From Octopus bimaculoides (Eukaryota), in NCBI RefSeq assembly GCF_001194135.2, contig NC_068983.1, positions 14,040,772-14,082,420 on the forward strand: DNA of 41,649 nt, written 5' to 3'. Shown here in pieces: positions 11,403-23,131 of this stretch. The notes beneath the pieces are model-generated. The model was given only the letters and a program-made list of their open reading frames with translations. It had not been told where the DNA came from and ran no database searches. Position numbers and translations under genes: made by a program. The first letter of the stretch is position 1; each line of letters starts with the position of its first letter.

Positions 11403-11474
11403 GTAAGTAATAACCAACTGTAATGGCAGCCGCATTGCCTGTCAGTCTGTCTGTCTGACGGTTTTCTTTTTCAG

Positions 11475-11537
<63 letters not shown>

Positions 11538-12497
11538 CTATCCATCCACCAATCTATGTCTGTCTATCTATCAATCTATCTATATATGTGTACATACATA
11601 TTTATATACATACAGAAATACATACATACATACATTGATGCATACATTCATATGTGTACATGTATGAACGCACACGCATACATATGTACACATACACACA
11701 AACACATGCACACATGTATGTACATATGTTTGCGATCAAAGTAATTCTTCGTGACATAACAGTCCAAGATAGAATATAATCCATGATAGAAGAGTTCTTC
11801 GTTTATACAGGCAATGGATAGTTCCGGTGCCAGCAAGTCTTCTAATTTGAATGATAATCTTTGATATGTCATTCTCTCCTTTAAGTTCTGGAATATTTCA
11901 AAACATGATCAATCGTTGCTCGAGAACAAATTCCTGCGGGGATTTCGGCAGATAATTGATTTGCATTTTCATTATCGTTTTTTTTTGCATTTTCGCTCTT
12001 TTTTCTTGCGTCTTTGAAAATAATATTGAAGAACAATTTTTAAAAATCTGATCAGGAATCTGAAAATACACTGTGTTCTAATTTTATATTTCGTTCTATT
12101 ATGATTTTTAAGTTAATAGAATATTTCCCTTGAGGCTAATATAACTTTAAGTTTCCGAAGAATATGTAAATAACCGTAGGAGAATTTTCTCTACATGTGA
12201 CATATGTTTGATTAATTTGGAATATTTCAGTTGCGTATACATAAGGGAGGTTTGATTGATATGCATACAACTACGAGAAGAAAAGGGAAATTGTAAATGA
12301 AAGATAAGTATAAAAGAGAGAAGACAGAAAATTACAGTTAAACTTGCTTTGTAACTAAGATTCGTATCTAGAGTGCATAGTATAGAATACATGTCTTCTG
12401 AGATAAGTAAAATGTGGCCAAAATGACGTGATTCCATGACTGTGCTGTGTGATTTGCGATAAAGCACTGTTTCACAAAAGGCACCATACACGCACGC

Positions 12498-12525
12498 ATA
12501 GAGAGAGAGAGAGAGGGGGAGAGAG

Positions 12526-12609
<84 letters not shown>
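12498..12609. repeat. (GA)n microsatellite
   Basis: Direct run with interruptions. Confidence 0.95.
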
Positions 12610-12612
<3 letters not shown>

Positions 12613-12750
12613 AGAGAAAGCGAAAGAAAAGAGAATCTCGATTCCTATCCCCCCTCTTGACTGAAGTGTGAAGGTTAAATGTGTTGAACTTAGCGTAGGA
12701 GTTGCTTCCCTTGCTTTTATAGATCAGAATTGTTATTTAAACTTATTCTT

Positions 12751-13620
12751 AACTAGCTCTCATAAGTGTTTCGCTAATCCAATAGCAACAATACAAAGTA
12801 TGTAGCCCTTAAAACGGTTTTTGTGTATTTACAGAGAAGACCGAACTGTCTTATGCAGGATCTTGTTTTAAGGAATTCTCAATAAGTTATGAATACCCAA
12901 ATTGTGAAGTCAGTTATGTAATAACATGAAATTAGTTACCCGATAGTAAGAATTCAAATAAAGTAGCCCCGAAAAGGGCTTTAATGCGTTCCCAGAGTAT
13001 ATAGAACTTAGGAGGAAATACTAATAAGGTATGTATATTAAAATCGTGAAGCATGTTACGTAATAACAGGCTAATCAGATTTGAGATAATAATTCAAAGT
13101 AAATAATTCTGAAAAGGGCTTTTGTGCGTTCCCAGAGAATATTATCCTCAGGGGCGCTAGTGTTGGTATATTCATGAATAAGTCACTAACCGAAATAAGT
13201 GGATCTATTGTTTAGGAAAATACTATTTACTTGTTTAAAGGTTGTACTGGATAAATTGCGAAAATAACTCTAACAGTTCAAATACTGAGAAATAAGCATA
13301 CTCAATTTTATTTTTACCAAATAATTTAGGAAATTGAATGGTTTTTTTTCCCTTGGCTATATATAAGGATCCCTTCTAGGGGCGAATGGGTTATTTCCCA
13401 TGGCTTTTAAAATAAAATATATCATATATATATATAAGGATCCCTTCCAGGGGCCCTATTATCGATATTTTCAACAATCTGAGTATGCCATGAGGTTTTC
13501 AGGCATGAGTTCTACTCACGTGTCTAGTTTCGTCAAAATCGATAAAACGATGTAGGAAGAGTTAGCTAAGAACTCCACAAACACATCCATAGACACAATT
13601 TCTCACATATATAGGAGATT
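12751..13620 (+). mobile_element. Probable non-autonomous rolling-circle element (Helitron/Helentron HINE-like)
   Basis: Begins TT|AACTAGC and ends TAGTTTCGTCAAAATCGATAAAACGATGTAGGAAGAGTTAGC...ACAAACACATCCATAGACACA...ATATATAGGAGATT, resembling recalled ends of invertebrate non-autonomous Helitrons; about 150-bp imperfect internal repeats. Confidence 0.55.
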
Positions 13621-14134
13621 GTAACTGACTGAAATTTTTCACTTGACTACATAAAGTATATTAGCACAGACCTTACCATTAGGGATCCATGCAGAACATG
13701 TTCTTGGGTATATTCCACTAATCCTAAATATTTTATAGTTCAGTTAGTGTTAGCATTTTCAATGTAATGAGCATTAAATAGGTAACTAGAAATATCTCTA
13801 CAGCAAAGATAATACAAGCTCAATGAGTGACATCATTTTCATTTCTCCGGTTTATAAGGGAGACAAATCTGAATAGGTTTTGGCCTTATGAGACTCCTCA
13901 GTGAGGTATACACATTACAGTACTCAGAAAAGTCTTGAGGAAAGGATTACTAAATAGGTATGCACAATATTGTACACAAGTAGACCTGAAAATTATTAAA
14001 AAATATGTTTTCTAAGGATAAGTACAAATTGTATTGCTCAAGCTGCAACAGATCTTTCGAAGATGATAAAAAAGGCTGCGTCGGTATTTAAATCATGTAA
14101 GAATTAGATGTTAAAATTTGAATCTAGTTGTTAT

Positions 14135-14335
14135 GCTTTATTGTGTTTTAGCACTAGGAGAGCCTTGACCCAGTAGACCATGATCAAAGGAGTACTATTC
14201 GTGATCAGCTCTAGACATAGTCAGTGTAGGACTTCACTGTCCAATGTATGCTTTTCTTTTAAAAGGAACAGGGTCCATATATGAGGGTAATTTGCCTGCT
14301 ATTTCTAGTAGGTCCAGCTTGTTAGCTCTTCAGGT
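14135..14335 (-). mobile_element. Family D short retroelement
   Basis: Minus strand GACCTACTAGAAATAGCAGGCAAATTACCCTC...CATTGGACAGTGAAGTCC...CCTTTGATCATGG...GTGCTAAAACAC aligns to the other D copies. Confidence 0.65.
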
Positions 14336-14996
14336 TGTTATATCTCTATACACAGGTTTTTGGCCAGTCGATGGATCCGTATATGGAAGCGCTGATAAGA
14401 TAGCACGAAAGTGTTTAATAACTTTTGAAATGCATGGTTAGTAATAAACGAAGTTTCAGACAATATGTAAACTTGGCAAATCCTGCAATATAATCTGGCA
14501 ATCAACCAAATAACCCCTGCAATGTCACTGAAAGAAGCAATAAAGTTACGCTATATACAGTGGAAGAGTGAAAGAAGTATAATTCAGCATCATCGATGTT
14601 TTTAACGACCATATCGTCATCTATCTTCGTGAGCGTGTAGCTATACTACAAAGCTTCTCTCAACACTTTTAAATGATTCGACTATAAGAAATGACATTGC
14701 TAAAACTGATTGCAGTAAACTTATAAGCAGCTCCTCAAATCTGTTTAGCCGTTCAAATTGTGGTTCTTTGTATGATTTCTTGAGGGTATGATAACCAGAA
14801 AGATGAACCAAGGATGCAAGGATGCCTAGCATGTAGAAAGATCAGATCCTAAAATGGTTTCAAGGTAAATCTTGGATAGACCTCAATGTAGTGACAGCAT
14901 GTAGTGATTGATGGAGGAAATAGATTCGTTAAGTTTCGCTCTCTCCTGCAAGCAGAAATATCTGTTTCTCATATATCTGTATATATATATATATAT

Positions 14997-15671
14997 NNNN
15001 NNNNNNNNNNNNNNNNNNNNNNNNNNNNNNNNNNNNNNNNNNNNNNNNNNNNNNNNNNNNNNNNNNNNNNNNNNNNNNNNNNNNNNNNNNNNNNNNNNNN
15101 NNNNNNNNNNNNNNNNNNNNNNNNNNNNNNNNNNNNNNNNNNNNNNNNNNNNNNNNNNNNNNNNNNNNNNNNNNNNNNNNNNNNNNNNNNNNNNNNNNNN
15201 NNNNNNNNNNNNNNNNNNNNNNNNNNNNNNNNNNNNNNNNNNNNNNNNNNNNNNNNNNNNNNNNNNNNNNNNNNNNNNNNNNNNNNNNNNNNNNNNNNNN
15301 NNNNNNNNNNNNNNNNNNNNNNNNNNNNNNNNNNNNNNNNNNNNNNNNNNNNNNNNNNNNNNNNNNNNNNNNNNNNNNNNNNNNNNNNNNNNNNNNNNNN
15401 NNNNNNNNNNNNNNNNNNNNNNNNNNNNNNNNNNNNNNNNNNNNNNNNNNNNNNNNNNNNNNNNNNNNNNNNNNNNNNNNNNNNNNNNNNNNNNNNNNNN
15501 NNNNNNNNNNNNNNNNNNNNNNNNNNNNNNNNNNNNNNNNNNNNNNNNNNNNNNNNNNNNNNNNNNNNNNNNNNNNNNNNNNNNNNNNNNNNNNNNNNNN
15601 NNNNNNNNNNNNNNNNNNNNNNNNNNNNNNNNNNNNNNNNNNNNNNNNNNNNNNNNNNNNNNNNNNNNNNN
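14997..15671. other. Assembly gap (N run)
   Basis: Ns after (TA)n. Confidence 0.99.
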
Positions 15672-15704
15672 CCAACCACGTGCTTTCACATATCAACTTT
15701 CTCA

Positions 15705-15744
<40 letters not shown>

Positions 15745-15747
<3 letters not shown>

Positions 15748-15808
15748 TTTTTATTCATTTTTACTTGTTTCAGTCATTAGACAGCGGCCATGCTGGAGCA
15801 CCGCCTTA
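15745..15808 (-). mobile_element. SINE family B 3' tip
   Basis: TTTTACTTGTTTCAGTCATTAGACAGCGGCCATGCTGGAGCACCGCCTT is the reverse complement of the B 3' end. Confidence 0.85.
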
Positions 15809-16407
15809 TATGAATTACATTACTCGAATCGTCTGAATTTCATATCTGCGTACGGCCTATGACCTTTTGTAAATTTACGAATCTTACCAAATGACTTTTG
15901 CCAAAGCAGATCATCACTAACTTTCTCGGTTCCAGAATCTGTTTACTATTTCTAATATGGCTATATTTTTGAATAGCCATTTGCCAAAATATAATTACAT
16001 TTAGATAAATATACATATTAAATGGAAAGCAGCATATTTTTATTTATTTATTTCCCTTGAAGTAAAAGAAAGTAATTTGTTTGTAACAATTTTGCTTGTT
16101 TTCGTTTTTTACTCTTCGACCGCTCTTCGTTATAAATCTGACGTGTTTACAGAATACTCTTATAGTACTGTTATTCGCATACTAACTTCATAAGCTGCCT
16201 TTGGATATGTAGTAGACAATCAATTAGAATAGAATTTTTTTCAAATATTACAATATTATGCCAACAATATATAAACTCGTTGCTGTACATTTTATACTGT
16301 ATTCACGTGCATATGTATGTATGTATGTACGTATGTATGTATGTATGTATGTATGTACGTATGTGTGTATGTATGTATGTATATGTACATATATATATAC
16401 AGACAAA

Positions 16408-16446
<39 letters not shown>

Positions 16447-16475
16447 GTGTTTTTGTTTTTATTTTTGCATTTACA

Positions 16476-16519
<44 letters not shown>

Positions 16520-17508
16520 NNNNNNNNNNNNNNNNNNNNNNNNNNNNNNNNNNNNNNNNNNNNNNNNNNNNNNNNNNNNNNNNNNNNNNNNNNNNNNNNN
16601 NNNNNNNNNNNNNNNNNNNNNNNNNNNNNNNNNNNNNNNNNNNNNNNNNNNNNNNNNNNNNNNNNNNNNNNNNNNNNNNNNNNNNNNNNNNNNNNNNNNN
16701 NNNNNNNNNNNNNNNNNNNNNNNNNNNNNNNNNNNNNNNNNNNNNNNNNNNNNNNNNNNNNNNNNNNNNNNNNNNNNNNNNNNNNNNNNNNNNNNNNNNN
16801 NNNNNNNNNNNNNNNNNNNNNNNNNNNNNNNNNNNNNNNNNNNNNNNNNNNNNNNNNNNNNNNNNNNNNNNNNNNNNNNNNNNNNNNNNNNNNNNNNNNN
16901 NNNNNNNNNNNNNNNNNNNNNNNNNNNNNNNNNNNNNNNNNNNNNNNNNNNNNNNNNNNNNNNNNNNNNNNNNNNNNNNNNNNNNNNNNNNNNNNNNNNN
17001 NNNNNNNNNNNNNNNNNNNNNNNNNNNNNNNNNNNNNNNNNNNNNNNNNNNNNNNNNNNNNNNNNNNNNNNNNNNNNNNNNNNNNNNNNNNNNNNNNNNN
17101 NNNNNNNNNNNNNNNNNNNNNNNNNNNNNNNNNNNNNNNNNNNNNNNNNNNNNNNNNNNNNNNNNNNNNNNNNNNNNNNNNNNNNNNNNNNNNNNNNNNN
17201 NNNNNNNNNNNNNNNNNNNNNNNNNNNNNNNNNNNNNNNNNNNNNNNNNNNNNNNNNNNNNNNNNNNNNNNNNNNNNNNNNNNNNNNNNNNNNNNNNNNN
17301 NNNNNNNNNNNNNNNNNNNNNNNNNNNNNNNNNNNNNNNNNNNNNNNNNNNNNNNNNNNNNNNNNNNNNNNNNNNNNNNNNNNNNNNNNNNNNNNNNNNN
17401 NNNNNNNNNNNNNNNNNNNNNNNNNNNNNNNNNNNNNNNNNNNNNNNNNNNNNNNNNNNNNNNNNNNNNNNNNNNNNNNNNNNNNNNNNNNNNNNNNNNN
17501 NNNNNNNN
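16520..17508. other. Assembly gap (N run)
   Basis: Ns flanked by (TA)n on both sides. Confidence 0.99.
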
Positions 17509-17547
<39 letters not shown>

Positions 17548-17550
<3 letters not shown>

Positions 17551-17605
17551 TGTGTTTACGTCCCTGTGAATTAGCTGTTCGGCAAAACAGACGGACAGAA
17601 TTAGT
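17548..17605 (+). mobile_element. SINE family B 3'-half fragment
   Basis: TGGTGTGTTTACGTCCCTGTGAATTAGCTGTTCGGCAAAACAGACGGACAGAATTAGTACTAGGCTT aligns to the B 3' half. Confidence 0.75.
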
Positions 17606-17646
17606 ACTAGGCTTCTTTATATATATTATGTGTATATATTTATATA

Positions 17647-17836
17647 CACAGGGTATTTCAAAAAATTTGATATCATTTCACAGTCTAATAACTTGGCCGG
17701 TTCTTGTTAAAATGACTTCAAATTTTAACAACATGCGTAGAAACAGGTCAAAATTTTATGTTTAATGTTTTATTTTATCTGAAATTGTCACAACTGTAAT
17801 GATGTAAACATACGTGTGTGTGTAAATAGCGGGTTA
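17647..17836 (+). mobile_element. Tc1/mariner-type left end (TIR plus 5' region), no transposase seen
   Basis: After TA repeats, CAGGGTATTTCAAAAAATTTGATATCATTT resembles the CAGGGTG-type termini of Tc1/mariner; appears to resume at 18302-18370. Confidence 0.5.
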
Positions 17837-18112
17837 CTTAGTTACTGTGTTGACATTGACAAAACATTCAAGTGAAAGTGTTAATGAGTCATTTTGCGCC
17901 AAGATTAATCACATGAGATTTAAATGTTAAATATCAAGTCTTAATAAAGCGACTTGTTCCAAAATGTCCGAAATACGTATTGGAAAATCAATGTACAATA
18001 TACAGTATATTTAAATAATAGAGAAAAAAGGCGTTTGTCTCCGTATGAAATTTTTTTTTTCTGACATGAAAGTACCTTTAGAAATACTTTTTTAAAATCA
18101 AAAATCGTCACA

Positions 18113-18304
18113 ACTTATTTCTTTATTGCCCACAAGGGGCTAAACATAGAGGGGACAAACAAGGACACACAAAGGAATTAAGTCGATTACATTGACCCCA
18201 GTGCGTAACTGGTACTTAATTTATCGACCCCGAAAGGATGAAAGGCAAGGTCGACCTCGGCGGAATTTGAACTGAGAACGTAAAGACAGACGAAATACTG
18301 CTAA
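18113..18304 (-). mobile_element. SINE family A, tail type 2, 5'-truncated
   Basis: Near-identical reverse complement of 22380-22560, including the TTTGTCCCCTCTATGTTTAGCCCCTTGTGGGCAATAAAGAAATAA tail. Confidence 0.92.
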
Positions 18305-18396
18305 TGATGTATACATACGTGTGTGTGTAAATAGCTGGTTAGGACGCCAAAGACAGGAAGTTGAAACACATTATATTATATTCAATTATATATATA

Positions 18397-18969
18397 NNNN
18401 NNNNNNNNNNNNNNNNNNNNNNNNNNNNNNNNNNNNNNNNNNNNNNNNNNNNNNNNNNNNNNNNNNNNNNNNNNNNNNNNNNNNNNNNNNNNNNNNNNNN
18501 NNNNNNNNNNNNNNNNNNNNNNNNNNNNNNNNNNNNNNNNNNNNNNNNNNNNNNNNNNNNNNNNNNNNNNNNNNNNNNNNNNNNNNNNNNNNNNNNNNNN
18601 NNNNNNNNNNNNNNNNNNNNNNNNNNNNNNNNNNNNNNNNNNNNNNNNNNNNNNNNNNNNNNNNNNNNNNNNNNNNNNNNNNNNNNNNNNNNNNNNNNNN
18701 NNNNNNNNNNNNNNNNNNNNNNNNNNNNNNNNNNNNNNNNNNNNNNNNNNNNNNNNNNNNNNNNNNNNNNNNNNNNNNNNNNNNNNNNNNNNNNNNNNNN
18801 NNNNNNNNNNNNNNNNNNNNNNNNNNNNNNNNNNNNNNNNNNNNNNNNNNNNNNNNNNNNNNNNNNNNNNNNNNNNNNNNNNNNNNNNNNNNNNNNNNNN
18901 NNNNNNNNNNNNNNNNNNNNNNNNNNNNNNNNNNNNNNNNNNNNNNNNNNNNNNNNNNNNNNNNNNNNN
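18397..18969. other. Assembly gap (N run)
   Basis: Ns. Confidence 0.99.
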
Positions 18970-18975
18970 TATATA

Positions 18976-19021
<46 letters not shown>

Positions 19022-19024
<3 letters not shown>

Positions 19025-19205
19025 GCGCAATGGCTCAGTGGCTAGGGCAGCGGACTCGTGGTCGGAGGATCGCGGTTTCGATTCCCAAACCGGGCGTTGT
19101 GCGTGTTTATTGAGCGAAAACACCTAAAGCTCCACGAAGCTCCGGCAGGAGGTGGTGTTGTACTCTTTCGCCCCAACTTTCTCTCACTCTTTCTTCCTGT
19201 TTCTT
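19022..19205 (+). mobile_element. tRNA-headed SINE (family C), 5' part
   Basis: GGCGCAATGGCTCAGTGGCTAGGGCAGCGGACTCG...GGTTTCGATTCCC carries A and B boxes and continues into a non-tRNA body with no acceptor stem. Confidence 0.8.
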
Positions 19206-19254
19206 AAGCATAAAAGAAAAATTTAAATAAACTCGTATTATTACCGTTATATGC

Positions 19255-20630
19255 AGTAATAATAAGGTGGTTAGCAAGTTCAGACCTTTACAGGCACAAT
19301 ATAAAGTAATTTAAGAAAAGCAGGGTTCAGAGCCATAACTCCATAAACCACCATAAAAATTACGTTAAAGATACACACGAGCAATGCAATGAACATTTCA
19401 GCAATTATATACATAGATATATTTAATCAAAATTACATAAAAATATCTTGAAATACTAAAGAGTAACACTATTCAATAAAATCGCCGTTAGCTTTAACCA
19501 CGGCCTTCAGACGACTTCGGAGTCTCCTGCAACTCTTCTGGATGGTTTCTTTGTTTAAGTTGGTGAATGCTGCTATAATCTTTGCCTAAAGTTTATTTTC
19601 AGTGTTACAAGGAGTTTTGTTGATCTCTCGCTCAACTGCGCTCCACTCATAATAATCAAGGGGGTTGCAGTCTGGGGAGTTAGGCGGCCTGATGCTAGGG
19701 GTGATGTGGTCGCAGAAATAGTCTGACAGCCATGGCTGGGTTCTCCTGCTTGTGTGGCATGGTGCAGAGTCCTGTTGCCAGAAATAGGGTCTTCCAGCAG
19801 CCACCCTCTTGACACAGGACAGCACTACCTCCTTCATGCACTTGATGTAGGCCACCGTGTTGAGTCTGAGACCGTGTGGGAAGATGAATGGAGGCATAAC
19901 ATAGTCATCACTAGTGATCGCTCAAGACACCACGATGTTGACTGGATGTTTGATTTTTATCACTCCCGGTACATGTTTTGGGGACACGGCACACGGCAAG
20001 CCAACGGTTGTTCTGTGTGTTCACCTGATCCTGGCAGAAATTTTTCTCGTCTGAGAAAAACCAAAGGATGTTCGGTTGGAGGGATGCTTGAGTTTATTCA
20101 AAAGCTTCGTAGCGCGGTCTTTCCTCTTGTCCCTGTTGGCTTGGGATAACAACTGTCCCTTTCTCGTCTTGTATGAGAAATACCGAATGTCTTCCTGCAC
20201 TACGTGCCTGATAAGAATCTCAGACCCTCCCATGTCCCTGGCGATGGACTTGATTGACTTGGAGAGATCGTTGTTAATCATGGCCTGTATCTCACCAACA
20301 AATTCAGGAGTTCTTTTCTTATCAGAACGACAAGAATGAGTTTTCTGAGTTGCTGGTATCTTCGTAATCGCCATTTAACTCCTTCCGAGTCATCTGCATG
20401 TCCTCTGAAATGTTCGTGTTGGAGTTTCCGGCCCGAATACCAAGCAGTAAAGCATGTTTTTTTCAATTTTCTGGCAGAGTTAATTGCGTCTTGGTGCTGA
20501 TTTTCTCACAGACGGTGCCCAACTGACCCTACTATATTGTGTAGTTGACAAAATCAAAAACAATGTGCATGCGAGAAATTAAAAATATAAAATGATGACA
20601 ATTTACCCATCACACCCTCTATCTATCTAT
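19255..20630 (-). mobile_element. Decayed Tc1/mariner DD37D (maT) DNA transposon, near full length
   Basis: Transposase relic on the minus strand; one end reads AGAGGGTGTGATGGGTAAATTGTC, the other end is degenerate. Confidence 0.88.
19469..20495 (-). pseudogene. maT (DD37D) transposase pseudogene
   Basis: HTH region (KRTPEFVGEIQAMINND...SIKSIARDMG), FSDEK, WQQDSAPCHTS...PPNSPDCNPLDYY with 37 residues counted between the second and third Asp; ends KANGDFIE*. Frameshifts and stops present. Confidence 0.9.
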
Positions 20631-20637
20631 CTATCTG

Positions 20638-20708
<71 letters not shown>

Positions 20709-20946
20709 GTGTGTCTGTCTGTCTGTCTGTCAGCCGATCGATCGAACGCTTTTGATTTAAAAACTCTGTTTGAAAAACGGGGAAAGGTCGGTATAAAGTG
20801 CAGTCTGACGTGAGACCCCCATGTTAGCATACAATAACAAGCATCAAGTGAACCAATACGTATATATGTATGTGTGTATGTGTTTGTATGTATGTGCTTG
20901 TATGTATGTATGTTTGTATGAATTATGCACGTACGCATAAATGTAT

Positions 20947-21033
<87 letters not shown>

Positions 21034-21115
21034 TGTATGTCTATATATGTGTGTTTGTTTGCATACAAACGTATATATATATATATATGTATCACATAAG
21101 TACATATATGCACTT

Positions 21116-21156
<41 letters not shown>
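20619..21156. repeat. Compound microsatellite field (TATC, TCTG, TATG, CT, TA, CA)
   Basis: Direct runs. Confidence 0.95.
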
Positions 21157-21160
<4 letters not shown>

Positions 21161-21654
21161 TGTATATAATACACATAAATACATATATGTGTTCATGTGT
21201 GTATTTGAGAGTTCGTCTATAGATATGCAGAGATGCAAGTGTTACAATTTCTATACGAATCTATATAAATATATTTCTACTTAATATTTAACGTATGTTA
21301 TTCAATTAATTTTATATTTTTATCTAAAACCCCAAGAGGAAAAAATGGAACAAACATTATTACTTAGTGGTATAGTTATCGATTTTCTTTTTTTAAAACA
21401 AAGATAATAATAATATTAATAATAATAAAAAATAGCTGTTTATTAAATGCAAAGTGGAATTTCGTGAAATGAAAATTTTATTACAGCAAATGACGTTGAT
21501 AAAACAAAATTGACAAACTATCACTTAATTATTGATAAACGTTTATTTAATTATTAAACTCATACTTGGAAATATATAGAGAAAAGTCTGCAACAACTAT
21601 TTTTGTCTATGCCTGTGTGTAATCAACATTATTTATAAACAAGTGGTTTGTGAC

Positions 21655-21852
21655 GTGTCGTTGTTGTTGTTGCTGTTTTTGTTGTTGTTTGTGTTTCTGC
21701 GTTTGTTTGTTATTTCTAATGTTGTTACTGTTGTTCCTACCGCTGTTGTCGGCTTTGTTTTTGCTGTTACTGTAATCGTTATCCTTGTTTTAGACGTTGC
21801 TATGTTTGTTGTCGCTGTTGATGTTTTCGTTGTTATTGTTGTTGTTGCTGCC
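21655..21852. repeat. Degenerate (GTT)n low-complexity tract
   Basis: Direct reading. Confidence 0.85.
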
Positions 21853-21927
21853 GCCATTGTTCGTATTTAGTACCAAGTCGGCACTGAGCAATTATACTTA
21901 TGAACAAAGAATTCCATCTATGATTAA

Positions 21928-21990
21928 CCGGTGCCGTCTTTAAGGCATGGGTATACTGGGCAGTTGCCCGGGGGCTTCAGAAGTCCATGT
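21928..21990 (+). mobile_element. Possible terminal fragment of a hAT-like non-autonomous DNA transposon
   Basis: CCGGTGCCGTCTTTAAGGCATGGGTATACTGGGCAGTTGCCCGGGG resembles recalled CAGGGCCGTC...GGGCAGTTGCCCGGGG termini; no partner end found. Confidence 0.35.
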
Positions 21991-22329
21991 GTGAGGCCCA
22001 ATACTGGTCTAAGTATAACACTACAGATTCCAGTCAACTGTATCGACCGGCGGCCTATAATGCTAACAACACGACTCTGTTGCTGTCTTAAACAAAGCTC
22101 ACCACTCCAACACTTCACTCAACAGATATTTATTTATTCCAAAGTACATTATTCCATGTATCCTGTTATAAACCAGGGTGATAGGAGGGAAATTTGGTTG
22201 TTATTACTACCAGATCAAGAAACAACTTAGAGATCACTTCATTGTTCACTTTAAAATGTTGTTGTTCCTGGTTTGTAATAGGATACATAGAATAATGTAC
22301 TTCGAGATAAATAAATATCTGTTAACTCT

Positions 22330-22566
22330 AGGCGGCGAGCTGGCAGAAACGTTAGCACGCCTGGCGAAATGCTTAGCGGTATTTCGTCTGTCTTTACGTT
22401 CTCAGTTCAAATTCCGCCGAGGTCGACTTTGCCTTTCATCCTTTCGGGGTCAATAAATTAAGTACCAGTTACGCCCTGGGGTTGATGTAACCGACTTAAT
22501 TCCTTTGTCTGTCCTTGTTTGTCCCCTCTATGTTTAGCTCCTTGTGGGCAATAAAGAAAAGAAAAA
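22330..22566 (+). mobile_element. SINE family A, full length, tail type 2
   Basis: A box TGGCAGAAACG, B box AGTTCAAATTCC, core GTCGACTTTGCCTTTCATCCTTTCGGGGTCAATAAATTAAGTACCAG (resembles the Meta/MESC SINE core, from memory), tail ...GGGCAATAAAGAAAAG. Confidence 0.93.
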
Positions 22567-22927
22567 GAAAGCCTTCCTCTAAGGTATTCTCAGTCAAAAC
22601 TGATCCATGACTAAACACCATCATCACAGCTAACAAGAACAACAACAACAGCAACGCATTGGGCACCATATTGATGTCTACCATAGGCTCAGTTGGAAAA
22701 CAACAGAAGCGCAGAAGCAACAATAAAAACCATAACAACAGCAATAACATTTTTATGCCAAAGAAGAAATTGGGAGGAATTTATTTCATTTAATCCATCA
22801 CCATTACTACGTCAGTGTTTTATCGAGACGGAAAAGATAAAAGTCAGTTTGAAGACATAGTAAATACCAGGAGGAGTTTCGTCCGACTCTCCTGTCTGTT
22901 CCCAGCATTCAACTGAAAGAATGCTCA

Positions 22928-23099
22928 GAGGCGTAGGTGTGGGTGTGTGGTAAGAAGTTTACTTCTCAACCACATGGTTCCGAGTTCAGTCCGACTGTGT
23001 GGCAACGTGGCAGCTTGGGTGTCTTCTGCTATATCCTCGGACTGACCAAAGCCTTGAGAATGGATTTGGCAGATGGAAACTGAAAGAAGCCCGTCGTAA

Positions 23100-23131
<32 letters not shown>

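Noticed and set aside
11648-11872. Protein-looking minus-strand ORF (RLSFKLEDLLAPELSIAC...)
   Set aside because: No recognisable family, no convincing donor, and it runs into a microsatellite.
14641-14788. Plus-strand frame ending CGSLYDFLR|GTATGA, reminiscent of a kinase subdomain
   Set aside because: Upstream residues do not fit a kinase N-lobe, the acceptor is weak, and no other kinase exons are visible.
19022-19100. tRNA gene (also 2500-2582 and the SINE-A/B heads)
   Set aside because: No acceptor stem or terminator, and the sequence continues into SINE bodies.
21633-22750. Poly-Val/Leu/Thr ORFs (also 28158-28587 and 29484-30075)
   Set aside because: Translations of GTT/AAC/TAC trinucleotide tracts.
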